A stretch of DNA of 64,000 bases from an uncultured bacterium. GTDB taxonomy: Bacteria; Omnitrophota; Omnitrophia; Omnitrophales; Abzuiibacteriaceae. The stretch is from NCBI GenBank assembly GCA_964387845.1, contig CAYLXA010000002.1:211584-275583 (forward strand), given 5' to 3'. This document shows positions 1 to 9,563 of the stretch, piece after piece (positions within the stretch are counted from its first letter, which is position 1; each line of letters opens with the position of its first letter). The notes below the pieces were generated by a model. That model did not search any database and had not been told where the DNA came from. It saw only the letters and a list, made by a program, of their open reading frames with translations. A program made the translations under genes and the position numbers.

Positions 1-197
1 AGTTGCAATCACAAGATCCGAGCGGTCTAGCGCGAGCCCGAGCGCGTCTTCGATTTTCTCAACCGAATCAACGCAGGCAGTTTGACGATTCACCTGAAAA
101 CCAAGGCTGGTCAACTCCTTACCCAAGTACTGCGCATTTGAATTTAGCGTACTTCCCTGCAGCAATTCGGAACCGATGGTCAAAATTTCCGCGGAGT

Positions 198-647
198 TCA
201 TTTGAGCAGAAAATGAGAAGCTAATTGAAGGATAATGTTTGATGCAACACCCGCCGCAAGATCGTCCGTCATAACACCCCATCCTTTCGGCAGTTTTTCT
301 AACTGGCGGATCGGAAACGGCTTTACAATATCAAAAAACCGAAACAAGATAAAACCGCTCACCGCCGTGACCCAACTCACCGGCACCAAGAAAAAAGTAA
401 CCAAAATGCCGCATACTTCGTCGATTACAACCTCGCTCGGATCCATTTTTCCGGTTTTTGTGATAACAAAATTGGAAGCTTTCACACCCAAAAAATATAC
501 CGCTAAAATTAAAACCAATTGAGTTTGCGGGGTTGAGCGATTTAACAAAAAAAGAAGAGCTGCCAAACTTGCCGCAGTACCGGGAAGGAACTTTAATTTA
601 CCGATTCCGAAGAAAGTAGCAAACAATGTCCAAAACTGAGCGTTCAT
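198..647 (-). CDS. pgpA: phosphatidylglycerophosphatase A
   Basis: The 149-aa membrane protein has a PgpA-like N-terminus (FFGIGKLKFLPGTAASL) and sits next to pgsA. Confidence 0.7.
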   Translation of the reverse strand: MNAQFWTLFATFFGIGKLKFLPGTAASLAALLFLLNRSTPQTQLVLILAVYFLGVKASNFVITKTGKMDPSEVVIDEVCGILVTFFLVPVSWVTAVSGFILFRFFDIVKPFPIRQLEKLPKGWGVMTDDLAAGVASNIILQLASHFLLK

Positions 648-650
648 ATG

Positions 651-1199
651 TCAGCGAATGGTTTGCTTTAAAAATAAATACCCGGAAAATAACGTCAGTG
701 CATTTGCAATCAAAAGAGAAGCATGTAAAACGATGTTTAAAACCGGGACGATTCCTGACCAGTTTATCCGGAAAGCCCACACCAATAAAAATGCCAACCC
801 AACGGTTGCAAATTGAACCACGGCCTTTACTTTTCCGGAATATTCAGCTGCCAAAATTTTACCGCGCAATATATTCTGCGTCCGGATCCAAGTCACTGCC
901 GCTTCGCGGATAAAGATCGGGATTACCCACCATATCGAATAAATCTTCAAATATGAAAAACTGAACAGAAGGCCAAGCACCAGAATTTTATCGGCAATTG
1001 GGTCCGCAATTTTTCCGAAATCGGTGATTAATCCTTTTGCGCGTGCCAGATGGCCATCCCACCAATCCGTCAAACATGCCGCCAGAAATATCAGGAATGA
1101 AAATCCAAGAGCTCGCAAATCGTTCGAGCTGGTCAGAATCAAACAGGACAGAACCGCCATGACAATTCTGGCGATGGTCAACATATTGGGCGTAATCAT
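651..1199 (-). CDS. pgsA: CDP-diacylglycerol--glycerol-3-phosphate 3-phosphatidyltransferase
   Basis: It carries the CDP-alcohol phosphatidyltransferase motif (DWWDGHLAR...G...DPIADK) and is a multi-TM protein of 182 aa. Confidence 0.8.
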   Translation of the reverse strand: MITPNMLTIARIVMAVLSCLILTSSNDLRALGFSFLIFLAACLTDWWDGHLARAKGLITDFGKIADPIADKILVLGLLFSFSYLKIYSIWWVIPIFIREAAVTWIRTQNILRGKILAAEYSGKVKAVVQFATVGLAFLLVWAFRINWSGIVPVLNIVLHASLLIANALTLFSGYLFLKQTIR

Positions 1200-2596
1200 G
1201 AAATCAAATCGGCGGTTAAATCGTATTCATTTGCCGCAGCGACCTTGGCTTTTACAAAATCACCGGGTTTGAGATTGAGTTTTTTGGTTTTGCTTGAAGG
1301 GCGTAAATAAACAATGCCATCCACGTCCGGAGCATCCATCTGGCTTCTTCCTTGAAACATGTTCGGATAATCTTGGCTGGCCCCGTCTACCAAAATATCC
1401 AGTTCCCGTCCGATCCATTTTTGATTATTTTCCAGTGAAATTTTCTGCTGAAGTTGCATGGCTTGCTTAAACCGTTCCTGCTTTACTTTTTCCGGAATTT
1501 GATTCTTCATCACACCGGCCGGCGTACCGTCTTCCTGCGAATACTGAAAAACACCCAATCTTTCAAATTTGGTCTCGTGCATAAATTCAAGCAGCTCATT
1601 AAAATCTCGGTCGGTTTCTCCGGGAAACCCGACAATGAATGTGGTCCGGATAGCAACGCCCGGAACTTCCTTCCGGATTTGCTCAACCAAACGCAGCGTC
1701 CGCTCTTTCGTAACACCGCGCTTCATCGCCAAAAGCATCGGATCGCTGATGTGCTGGAGCGGCATGTCCAAATAATTGCACACTTTTGGAAGTTTTGCGA
1801 TCGCTTGAATCATTGATAAATTCACGCAAGACGGATACAAATACAAAACGCGGATCCATTTGATTCCGCGGATCGAATTCAGTTCATTTAATAACTCGGG
1901 TAAGATATATTTTCCAGTCAAATCACGGCCGTAAAAAGAAGTGTCCTGGCCGGTTAAAATCACTTCCTTAGCACCCTCTGCTGCCAATTTTTCAATTTCT
2001 TTTACAATATCCGAAACCGGCCGCGACCGGTGTTTCCCGCGAAATGACGGAATCGAACAGAAAGTACAAATATGATCGCAGCCCTCCGAAATTTTGACAT
2101 AGCGAAAATGCACTGGCGTTAATGCGACACGCGAATTTTCTGCGCTGTAAACATAACCGGGACTACCCAGGGCAATAATTGGTTTGGTGTTGGTGCGGTA
2201 TATTTTTTTTCGCCTTGCCAATTCCGAAAAAACGGATTCAATTTTGTCATACTCTCCCGTCCCCACAAATGCGTCCACTTCCTTGAATTCTTTTTGCAGC
2301 GTTTTTGAATACCGTTGAAAGAGGCAGCCCAAAACAACCAGCCCTTTGATTTGCCCGGCTTTTTTCAACTCGACCAATTCGATAATTTTATCGATCGACT
2401 CCTGCTTTGCCTCTTGAATAAAAGAACAGGTGTTCAAAACGGCAACATCGCAATGAGAAATATCCGAGGTAACGGAAAATCGCGCAGAATCAAGCCTTCC
2501 GAGGGCCAATTCACTGTCTACAAGGGTTTTGGGACACCCAAGCGACAATATACCGACCGAGATAGGTTTTTGGGCTTTTGAGGCAGTTTTTAGCAT
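1196..2596 (-). CDS. rimO: ribosomal protein S12 methylthiotransferase RimO (radical SAM MTTase)
   Basis: It has an N-terminal MTTase domain (ISVGILSLGCPK), a radical SAM CxxxCxxC motif (CDHICTFCSIP) and a C-terminal TRAM-like domain. Confidence 0.75.
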   Translation of the reverse strand: MLKTASKAQKPISVGILSLGCPKTLVDSELALGRLDSARFSVTSDISHCDVAVLNTCSFIQEAKQESIDKIIELVELKKAGQIKGLVVLGCLFQRYSKTLQKEFKEVDAFVGTGEYDKIESVFSELARRKKIYRTNTKPIIALGSPGYVYSAENSRVALTPVHFRYVKISEGCDHICTFCSIPSFRGKHRSRPVSDIVKEIEKLAAEGAKEVILTGQDTSFYGRDLTGKYILPELLNELNSIRGIKWIRVLYLYPSCVNLSMIQAIAKLPKVCNYLDMPLQHISDPMLLAMKRGVTKERTLRLVEQIRKEVPGVAIRTTFIVGFPGETDRDFNELLEFMHETKFERLGVFQYSQEDGTPAGVMKNQIPEKVKQERFKQAMQLQQKISLENNQKWIGRELDILVDGASQDYPNMFQGRSQMDAPDVDGIVYLRPSSKTKKLNLKPGDFVKAKVAAANEYDLTADLIS

Positions 2597-2662
2597 AAAT
2601 CGGCGTTATTGTAGCATATGGGGTCAGCTATTTCGATTGAGATTTGACTAAGCGATAAGAAA

Positions 2663-2736
2663 TGGAGCGGGCGAAGGGAATCGAACCCTCGTCATGGGCT
2701 TGGGAAGCCCAGGTAATGCCATTATACGACGCCCGC
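2663..2736 (-). tRNA. tRNA-Gly (anticodon CCC)
   Basis: The reverse complement reads GCGGGCG...TGGGC-TTCCCAA-GCCCA...GGTTCGATTCC...CGCCCGCTCCA, a cloverleaf with a 7-bp acceptor stem and an encoded CCA. Confidence 0.8.
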
Positions 2737-2826
2737 ATTTTTTAGTGATCAGTGATAAGTTGTAGTAAAGCACAAATTGTTTTTTATCTTTTGTTTATCA
2801 CTTAACACTTATCACTTATAACTGAC

Positions 2827-3741
2827 TTAAAAGTGGCAGATTTTTTTAAATTCTTGATACCGGTTCTCAATTTCGTCTATGGCAAGAGATCTGAGGCGCT
2901 CAAGGCCGAATTGCTCAACCGTAAACGAAGCCACCACACTTCCGTAAGCAACCGCACGCTTCAAAGTCTCAAAATTGAGAACATTTTGCTTTGCCAAATA
3001 TCCCACCATCCCGCCCGCAAAGGTGTCTCCTGCGCCGGTAGGATCAAATACTTCTTCCAACGGAAATGCCGGCAATGCAAAAAAATTGCTTTCGTAGAAC
3101 AAAAGCGCGCCATGCTCGCCTTTTTTAATGACGACAATCGACGGGCCGAACTCCTGAATCATGCGCCCGGCCTTGATGAGACTTGGTTGGCCGGTCAATT
3201 GACGAGCTTCCCCGTCATTGACCACAATCATATCCACGCGCTTGAGGACTTTGAGCAATTCGTTTTTCTTGCTCGCAATCCAAAAATTCATCGTATCGCA
3301 GGCAACCAGCTTGCACTTCGGACGCTTGACCTGATTGAGGACTTCCTGCTGGAGAATCGGATCAATGTTTGCTAAAAATAAGAAATCAGGTTCGACTCCG
3401 TGGTTAAGCTTTGGTTTGAAATCAAGCAAAACGTTCAGTTGCGTATCAAGCGTAATCGCCGTGTTTAGATCCGATTCATATTTCCCTTTCCAACGAAATG
3501 TTTTTCCGGCGGATAAAACTTCAAGGTGATCTAACCCGATTTTACGTTCTTCTAAAATTTTGCGGTATTCGACAGGAAAATCCGCACCCACCACCGCTAC
3601 CAGTTCGGCGGGGACAAAAAAACTGGATGCGTATGAAAAATAAGAAGCCGAGCCGCCGAACACTTCTTGCTTGGCACCGAACGGTGTTTCAACCGAGTCA
3701 ATCGCGACCGTGCCAATGACCATGAGAGGATACTGACTCAT
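2827..3741 (-). CDS. PfkB-family carbohydrate/heptose-type kinase
   Basis: It carries the ribokinase-family signature DPTGAGDTFAGG and an N-terminal GG...SA..F motif, over 304 aa. Confidence 0.65.
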   Translation of the reverse strand: MSQYPLMVIGTVAIDSVETPFGAKQEVFGGSASYFSYASSFFVPAELVAVVGADFPVEYRKILEERKIGLDHLEVLSAGKTFRWKGKYESDLNTAITLDTQLNVLLDFKPKLNHGVEPDFLFLANIDPILQQEVLNQVKRPKCKLVACDTMNFWIASKKNELLKVLKRVDMIVVNDGEARQLTGQPSLIKAGRMIQEFGPSIVVIKKGEHGALLFYESNFFALPAFPLEEVFDPTGAGDTFAGGMVGYLAKQNVLNFETLKRAVAYGSVVASFTVEQFGLERLRSLAIDEIENRYQEFKKICHF

Positions 3742-3742
3742 T

Positions 3743-4375
3743 TTAGGCCATCCTTTGTTTTAATTGCTGAGCAGCCGCTTTCGGGTTTGCATCATTAAAA
3801 ATAGCCCGAACGACCGCAATGCGTTTGGCGCCTGCGCCAACAACTTGTTTTGCATTTAACCGATTGATGCCGCCGATACAGACAAACGGAATTTTAACTC
3901 TTTGACTGACTGTGTGAATTGAACGAAGTCCGATTGGTTGATAGTCCGGCTTTGTCGGGGTACCGAAAATCGGCCCAAAGCCGATGTAATCCGCACCGTT
4001 TTTTTCGGCTCTAACCGCTTGCTCGACGCTATGAGTCGAAATGCCGATTATTTTTTCTTTTCCCGTAATCTTACGCGCCGCCTGAATCGGCAAATCATCC
4101 TGTCCCAAATGCACACCGTCAGCACCTGCCGCCATTGCCAAGTCAATGCGGTCATTGATGATAAAAAGCTTTTTTTGCTTCGCCGTCATCTTCTGAATTT
4201 TAACCGCAAGTCTATACAATTCATTATCCAGTAATGATTTGGAGCGAAGCTGAATAATATCAACACCGCCGCAAAGCGCGTCATTGATTTTTTGCAGAAT
4301 CGCGGAACCGGATTCTTTCAGATCAGTGATTGCGTAAAGCTGAAAATTTTTTAATAATTCCTTTTTCCAGTTCAT
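3743..4375 (-). CDS. thiE: thiamine-phosphate synthase
   Basis: ThiE motifs are present (LYAITD, VHLGQDDLP, GADYIGFGPIFGTPTKPD). The start was moved to the internal Met (MNWKKELL) from the ORF-track extension. Confidence 0.8.
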   Translation of the reverse strand: MNWKKELLKNFQLYAITDLKESGSAILQKINDALCGGVDIIQLRSKSLLDNELYRLAVKIQKMTAKQKKLFIINDRIDLAMAAGADGVHLGQDDLPIQAARKITGKEKIIGISTHSVEQAVRAEKNGADYIGFGPIFGTPTKPDYQPIGLRSIHTVSQRVKIPFVCIGGINRLNAKQVVGAGAKRIAVVRAIFNDANPKAAAQQLKQRMA

Positions 4376-4754
4376 AAATATCAAACCGAAGCGCTTGAAA
4401 GCCGGATACGGCTCGCGGCGCCGCCATTTTTGCGCATTCTTCCAACGTGCGCAAACTTTCTTCAACGCGCTTGAAATTGGCAGCCGCCAGATCGTTCAGG
4501 CGAATGTGGTGCTGATCGGCAATCCGGCTTTTTTTACCGACATCCCGTTTTGAATTCCGGGACTCCAGTAAGTGAAGCGAGCTCACTGCCGGGCTTAACA
4601 AAATACGGCTGACTTGATGGCGGATGCGCTTAATTTTGGCTGTGCTCTTTTTATCATTTAACACAAAACGCGCAAGATCTTCTAAAACACGCAAGCCTTC
4701 CCGCGCCCGGTTAAAATTGGCATCCATTATCCGTTTAATCGAAGTCATGCGCAT
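4323..4754 (-). CDS. hypothetical protein with an internal duplicated motif, overlapping and probably co-translated with thiE
   Basis: The ORF carries a two-fold internal repeat (ANFNRAREGLRVLEDLARF and ANFKRVEESLRTLEECAKM). The start was placed at an internal Met to avoid overlap with the upstream gene. It overlaps the thiE start by 53 nt in another frame. Confidence 0.4.
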   Translation of the reverse strand: MRMTSIKRIMDANFNRAREGLRVLEDLARFVLNDKKSTAKIKRIRHQVSRILLSPAVSSLHLLESRNSKRDVGKKSRIADQHHIRLNDLAAANFKRVEESLRTLEECAKMAAPRAVSGFQALRFDIYELEKGIIKKFSALRNH

Positions 4755-4756
4755 GC

Positions 4757-5233
4757 CTAAAGCTTTGAAATCTTTTTCAAAACGGCAGTCGTCGATCTGC
4801 CCTTCAAAAGGCGAACTCGTTTTACCCGGCCTCCCCATCCCTTTACTTCTTTGGCGCCGACAATTTTGGAAAGAGGCCAATCGCCCCCTTTCACCAAAAC
4901 GTGAGGCTTTACAGCCATAATTAAACGAATGGGCGTCGGATCTGAGAAAACAGAGACTGAACCTACAAAAGCTAGAGATGAAAGAATGAGCGCACGGTCA
5001 CGTTCATTTTGAACCGGACGCGTTTTGCCTTTGATTTTCCGGACCGACAAATCGCTATTGAGACCCACAATCAAATGATCGCCGAATGACTTTGCCTTCT
5101 TGAGATACATCACATGGCCGGCATGCAGGATATCAAAGCAGCCGTTGGTGAACACGATTTTTTTGCCCTGCCGGCGAAGTTTCGCGGCTAAAGATTTTAA
5201 TTGCGGGCGTGATTTAATTTTTAAGTTGTCCAT
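4757..5233 (-). CDS. D-glycero-beta-D-manno-heptose 1-phosphate adenylyltransferase (RfaE domain II-like cytidylyltransferase)
   Basis: It has the cytidylyltransferase-fold motif FTNGCFDILHAGHVMYL over 158 aa and sits next to gmhA. Confidence 0.75.
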   Translation of the reverse strand: MDNLKIKSRPQLKSLAAKLRRQGKKIVFTNGCFDILHAGHVMYLKKAKSFGDHLIVGLNSDLSVRKIKGKTRPVQNERDRALILSSLAFVGSVSVFSDPTPIRLIMAVKPHVLVKGGDWPLSKIVGAKEVKGWGGRVKRVRLLKGRSTTAVLKKISKL

Positions 5234-5242
5234 GAAAACTGC

Positions 5243-5830
5243 TTATTTGGAAAGAACTTCTTCGGCAATTTCAGAAACCGCATGTAAAGCGGTAATGTGC
5301 ATTTCTTGGATGTGCGAGGTTTCGTTAGACGCTGCAGAAAAGTTCAAATCCGTCATTGGCTTGAGCGCGCCGCCTTTTTCTCCGGTAAACGAAACGGTCT
5401 TGAGGCCTATTTGCTGCGCAGCTTTTACGGCTTCAATCACATTTTTTGAGTTTCCGCTCGTTGAAATTGCAATCAAGAGGTCGCCCTTCCGCCCCAAACC
5501 CTCCACCTGCCTTTTAAACACACAATCATAATTATAGTCATTGGCAAGCGCAGTTAAAATTGAAGAGTCAGTTGTCAGCGCAATCGCAGGCAGGCTTTTG
5601 CGCTCTTTTTTGAACCGGGCGATGAACTCGGCTGCGATGTGCTGCGAATCAGCCGCGCTTCCCCCGTTGCCGCAAATCAAGAGTTTACCGCCCTTTTGAA
5701 GTGTTTGAATTATGGCTTCTGCGACTTTTACAAGATCGGCATTCCGGCTTGATTGAAAGGTCTTGCCTGCAATTTCAATGTGGTCGCCCAATATCACTTC
5801 TAATTTTGCCTGGATATCCGCACTCGACAT
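5243..5830 (-). CDS. gmhA: D-sedoheptulose 7-phosphate isomerase (SIS domain)
   Basis: It carries the SIS-domain motif GKLLICGNGGSAADSQH over 195 aa. Confidence 0.8.
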   Translation of the reverse strand: MSSADIQAKLEVILGDHIEIAGKTFQSSRNADLVKVAEAIIQTLQKGGKLLICGNGGSAADSQHIAAEFIARFKKERKSLPAIALTTDSSILTALANDYNYDCVFKRQVEGLGRKGDLLIAISTSGNSKNVIEAVKAAQQIGLKTVSFTGEKGGALKPMTDLNFSAASNETSHIQEMHITALHAVSEIAEEVLSK

Positions 5831-5843
5831 TACGCTTCCTCGA

Positions 5844-6869
5844 TTAACCGAAAAATATTTTTGCCATGTCGTAGTACTCTTTTGGGACTACTTTCAGCTC
5901 GCCGGTTGCTTGAGAGAGCGGCACCGAAACGATCTTCGTTCCGGCTAAGCTCACCATCTGGCCAAACTGCTTCGCCTTGATTAATTCAACCGCCTTAACG
6001 CCAAACCGCGTGCCCAAAACGCGGTCAAAGGCAGTCGGTGTTCCGCCGCGCTGGATGTGGCCCAGTACGGTCACGCGGGTCTCGAATCCCGTGTTTTTTT
6101 CGATCATTTCGGCAAGGGTCTGCCCGATACCACCCAGGCGGACGTGGCCAAATTGATCCTTCTTTTCTTCCAAGGTAACGTCTTTTCCCGCAAGCTTGGC
6201 ACCTTCCGCGACCGCGACAATGCTGAAAGTTTTTCCGCGCGCATGGCGCTTTTTGATCAAACTGCAGACTTCGTTGATATCAACCGGAATTTCAGGGATC
6301 AAAATCACGTCCGCGCCGCCCGCAATACCGGACTCCAAAGCAATCCAACCGGCATGCCGGCCCATGATTTCGACAACAATCACGCGATTATGCGATTCTG
6401 CGGTCGTGTGAAGCCGGTCAATGCACTCGGTCACAATATTGATTGCCGTGTCAAAGCCGAACGTATAGTCCGTTGCGGAAAGATCGTTATCGATGGTTTT
6501 TGGAACACCGACAACCGGTAAGCCGTCCTTGACCAGCTTGCTCGCAACGCCCAGCGTGTCTTCGCCGCCGACTGCAACAAGTGCTGTAAGCTGATTTTTT
6601 TCAAACGTTTTTTTGACTTTCTCGAGGCCGTTTGCATCTTTATACGGATTGGTTCGTGAAGTTCCGAGAATCGTTCCACCCTTCGGCAAAATACCTGACA
6701 CAACCTTTCCATCCACCACCATAAACTCATTTTCCATGACGCCTTTCCAGCCGTACCGAAAACCAAGCACTTGCCAGCCTTCCATGCTGGCTGTTTTTTC
6801 TACAGCGCGAATCACTGAATTAAGGCCGGGGCAATCACCGCCGCCCGTTAAAATACCTATTTTCCCCAT
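5844..6869 (-). CDS. pfkA: 6-phosphofructokinase
   Basis: The N-terminus reads GILTGGGDCPGLNSVIRAV, a PFK family signature, over 341 aa. Confidence 0.85.
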   Translation of the reverse strand: MGKIGILTGGGDCPGLNSVIRAVEKTASMEGWQVLGFRYGWKGVMENEFMVVDGKVVSGILPKGGTILGTSRTNPYKDANGLEKVKKTFEKNQLTALVAVGGEDTLGVASKLVKDGLPVVGVPKTIDNDLSATDYTFGFDTAINIVTECIDRLHTTAESHNRVIVVEIMGRHAGWIALESGIAGGADVILIPEIPVDINEVCSLIKKRHARGKTFSIVAVAEGAKLAGKDVTLEEKKDQFGHVRLGGIGQTLAEMIEKNTGFETRVTVLGHIQRGGTPTAFDRVLGTRFGVKAVELIKAKQFGQMVSLAGTKIVSVPLSQATGELKVVPKEYYDMAKIFFG

Positions 6870-6887
6870 TGCTTCCTCCGTTTGAAT

Positions 6888-7436
6888 TTATGATGCCATC
6901 TGTAAAGGCGATTCTACTATTTTCGAAACATTCATGAAAACGTCAATCAATATTTCATACCCAACGATTTTTAAAATTCTTTCCTTGATTTCGACTTCAA
7001 TAAGCGGCTTTAGCGCCTGCAAATCTGCCGATGAAAGAACGGTTAAATCAATATTAATTTTAAGCACTTGTTGCTCAAAACTCGACGTCGCTTCGCAGCT
7101 CTGCACTGCGTCAAATTTCTTTAAGGCGCGCCTGACAATTTCGTTAATTGCCGAGAAGCGCAACGTGGTCTGCCCGCCATCTCCAAAGACTAAAAACTCG
7201 TCTTCGCTACGCACCTTTTTAACAAGCGATTTTGTTAGCGCAAGCCCTGTGATGATAAAAAAAAGCCCTGCGATTCCGATTTGAAAGCGCTGTCCGCCCG
7301 AGTCATAAAGATCTTGAAGTTTAATCAGCGCATCCTCCATCGGGAGAACTCTGAGCGCCACAATCATCATTAAACTTCCGAATGTCAAAAGAGCGATAAT
7401 ACAAAAAACATCGACAAAAAAATTAAAAACCCTCAT
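6888..7436 (-). CDS. membrane-anchored Asp23/Gls24-like envelope stress protein (tentative)
   Basis: It has N-terminal TM helices, and the C-terminal region resembles the Asp23 fold pattern. The assignment is weak. Confidence 0.35.
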   Translation of the reverse strand: MRVFNFFVDVFCIIALLTFGSLMMIVALRVLPMEDALIKLQDLYDSGGQRFQIGIAGLFFIITGLALTKSLVKKVRSEDEFLVFGDGGQTTLRFSAINEIVRRALKKFDAVQSCEATSSFEQQVLKINIDLTVLSSADLQALKPLIEVEIKERILKIVGYEILIDVFMNVSKIVESPLQMAS

Positions 7437-8809
7437 CCTGCTGTTTCTTTCTCGGCGTTGTTGGCGGGCGGTGTCAGCATCGTATCAATGAACGTTGTGG
7501 TTACCTTGCCCTGCCGAAAGCGCGGCCTGTTCAAAATCTTCTCAAGCAGCGGGATCGTGGTTTTAATGGGGCCGACAGTCATCTCATGAAGAGCCCGCTG
7601 CATCATTGCAATTGCTTCATTCCGGTCATGGCCGTGAACAATTACCTTTGCAATCATCGAGTCATAAAATGGCGGGACACTGTAACCGGAATAAATATGC
7701 GTATCTACGCGCACATTCGGCCCGCCGGGAATGATAAGTGTGTCGATTTTGCCCGGTGATGGCATAAAATTCTTTTCGGAATCCTCCGCATTAATCCGGC
7801 ATTCAATCGCAGCACCTTTGAACTGAATTTGGTCCTGCTTAAACCGCAGTTTGTGGCCGGCCGCAATCCGGATTTGCTCTTTCACCAAATCGATTCCTGT
7901 AATGAACTCGGTCACAGGATGCTCAACCTGAAGCCGCGTGTTCATCTCCATGAAATAAAAATTTCCGTCGACATCTAACAAAAATTCAACAGTGCCGACA
8001 TTTTCATATTTCACCGCTTTCGCCACTTTAATTGCGGCCTCACCCATTTTTTTGCGTAGTTTTGCGTCAACCGATGTTGACGGCGATTCCTCGAGCAATT
8101 TCTGGTGGCGCCGTTGAATCGAGCAGTCACGCTCACCCAAATGAATAACATTTCCGTGTGCGTCTGCCATGATTTGAATTTCAATGTGCCGCGGCTCCCG
8201 GATATATTTCTCGATATACACTTCGCGGTCTCCGAAAGCAGCCTCGGCTTCGGCTTGTGCAGTTAAAAAAGCATTCACCAACTTGCCGTCATTATGTGCA
8301 ACTTTCATTCCCTTACCGCCGCCGCCGGCTTTTGCCTTGATAATAACGGGATACCCGAACTTTTTAGCGATTTTGAGCGCTTGCTCTTGATCTTCGACAA
8401 CGCCTTTACTGCCTGGCGTCGTAGGAACACCTGCCTTGTCCATTGTGATCCGCGCCATGACTTTATCGCCCATCAAACGAACGCTTTCGGGTTTGGGCCC
8501 GATAAATTTGATCTGGCAGGATTCACAAATTTCTGCAAAGTGCGGATTCTCGGACAGAAATCCATAACCGGGGTGAATGGCTTCGACGTCCGCAATTTCG
8601 GCAGCGCTGATAATCGCGGGAATATTTAAGTAGCTCTCGCTGGAAGGCGCCTCGCCGATGCAAATGGCTTCGTCCGCCATTTTCACGTGGAGCGATTCGC
8701 GGTCGGCTTTCGAATAAACGGCGACGGTTTTGATGCCGAGGTCGCGGCACGCCCGGATGACGCGCACCGCAATTTCACCGCGATTGGCAATTAAAATTTT
8801 GTTAAACAT
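7433..8809 (-). CDS. accC: acetyl-CoA carboxylase biotin carboxylase subunit
   Basis: It shows ATP-grasp biotin carboxylase motifs ([23 protein letters not shown]). The start was placed at an internal Met, since the ORF-track N-terminal extension is unlikely. Confidence 0.9.
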   Translation of the reverse strand: MFNKILIANRGEIAVRVIRACRDLGIKTVAVYSKADRESLHVKMADEAICIGEAPSSESYLNIPAIISAAEIADVEAIHPGYGFLSENPHFAEICESCQIKFIGPKPESVRLMGDKVMARITMDKAGVPTTPGSKGVVEDQEQALKIAKKFGYPVIIKAKAGGGGKGMKVAHNDGKLVNAFLTAQAEAEAAFGDREVYIEKYIREPRHIEIQIMADAHGNVIHLGERDCSIQRRHQKLLEESPSTSVDAKLRKKMGEAAIKVAKAVKYENVGTVEFLLDVDGNFYFMEMNTRLQVEHPVTEFITGIDLVKEQIRIAAGHKLRFKQDQIQFKGAAIECRINAEDSEKNFMPSPGKIDTLIIPGGPNVRVDTHIYSGYSVPPFYDSMIAKVIVHGHDRNEAIAMMQRALHEMTVGPIKTTIPLLEKILNRPRFRQGKVTTTFIDTMLTPPANNAEKETAG

Positions 8810-8861
8810 TGATGATTGCTCTTTCGAGTTGATTGATTCAAAAGCATGAGGAAGCGGTGGG

Positions 8862-9323
8862 TTATGCTTTTTGAATTTTGAATAAGGGCTGGTCGAACTC
8901 GACGGGTTGGCCGTTTTGGACCAAAATATCAATTACACGCCCGCTAAGCTCCGCCTTGATTTCATTCATCAGCTTCATTGCTTCGATAATGCAGAGAGTG
9001 TCACCCGAGGCGATGTTTTTACCTTTTGTCACATAAGCCTCTTGGTCAGGCGCCGGCGCTGAGTAAAATGTTCCAACCATGGGTGAGCGGACAATCACAA
9101 CCCCAACCTCTTCCTTGGCCGCACCCGCATTCACGGATTTCGGCTCTGCTTTCTCTGCTGACTTGATTACCTGAACTTCTCCGGCCTCCTCGCGCTGGAT
9201 GACAACGCTGCCGCCGGATCCCTTTTTGAGCCGAATCTTAAATCCGTTTTTCTCGATCTCAAGCTCCGTAAGCCCGTATTCCGCCATCAAATTCAGCATT
9301 TCCTTAAGTTCCTTAGGATTCAT
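8862..9323 (-). CDS. accB: acetyl-CoA carboxylase biotin carboxyl carrier protein
   Basis: The biotinyl-lysine motif EAMKLMNEI is present and the gene lies upstream of accC. Confidence 0.85.
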   Translation of the reverse strand: MNPKELKEMLNLMAEYGLTELEIEKNGFKIRLKKGSGGSVVIQREEAGEVQVIKSAEKAEPKSVNAGAAKEEVGVVIVRSPMVGTFYSAPAPDQEAYVTKGKNIASGDTLCIIEAMKLMNEIKAELSGRVIDILVQNGQPVEFDQPLFKIQKA

Positions 9324-9395
9324 TCGCGTATCTCCGTTATCAGCCCCATGTTGAATAATTAAATCATCATCTTTTTGAGATAATCGGTTGATTAA

Positions 9396-9563
9396 TTAGG
9401 AAGGTCTTTCGGCCTCATCGATCAGCATAATAGGAATTCCGTCTTTAATCGGAAATTTCAAGCCGCATTTTGCATTCTGGCAGACGATTTTTTGCCCTTC
9501 CAGTCGGATGGCCTGCTTACAGGCCGGGCAAGCTAAAATATCGAGCAATGATTGATCGATCAT
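9396..9563 (-). CDS. Trm112-like small protein (UPF0434 / YcaR family)
   Basis: This 55-aa ORF is not in the supplied track. It reads MIDQSLLDILACPACKQAIRLEGQKIVCQNAKCGLKFPIKDGIPIMLIDEAERPS, with a CPxC...C..C pattern and a DGIPIML motif. An ATGA start-stop overlap links it to the upstream gene. Confidence 0.7.
   Translation of the reverse strand: MIDQSLLDILACPACKQAIRLEGQKIVCQNAKCGLKFPIKDGIPIMLIDEAERPS

Noticed and set aside
2737-2826. Inverted repeat agtgataagt / acttatcact upstream of tRNA-Gly
   Set aside because: The inverted repeat is real but small. It may be a promoter-region operator, but there is too little evidence to call it a feature.
7433-8932. ORF-track N-terminal extensions (accC 42 aa, thiE 30 aa, beta-CASP hydrolase 45 aa, LTXXQ protein 77 aa)
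   Set aside because: The extensions overlap upstream genes and lack similarity. Conserved family N-termini begin at internal Met codons, so the starts were trimmed.
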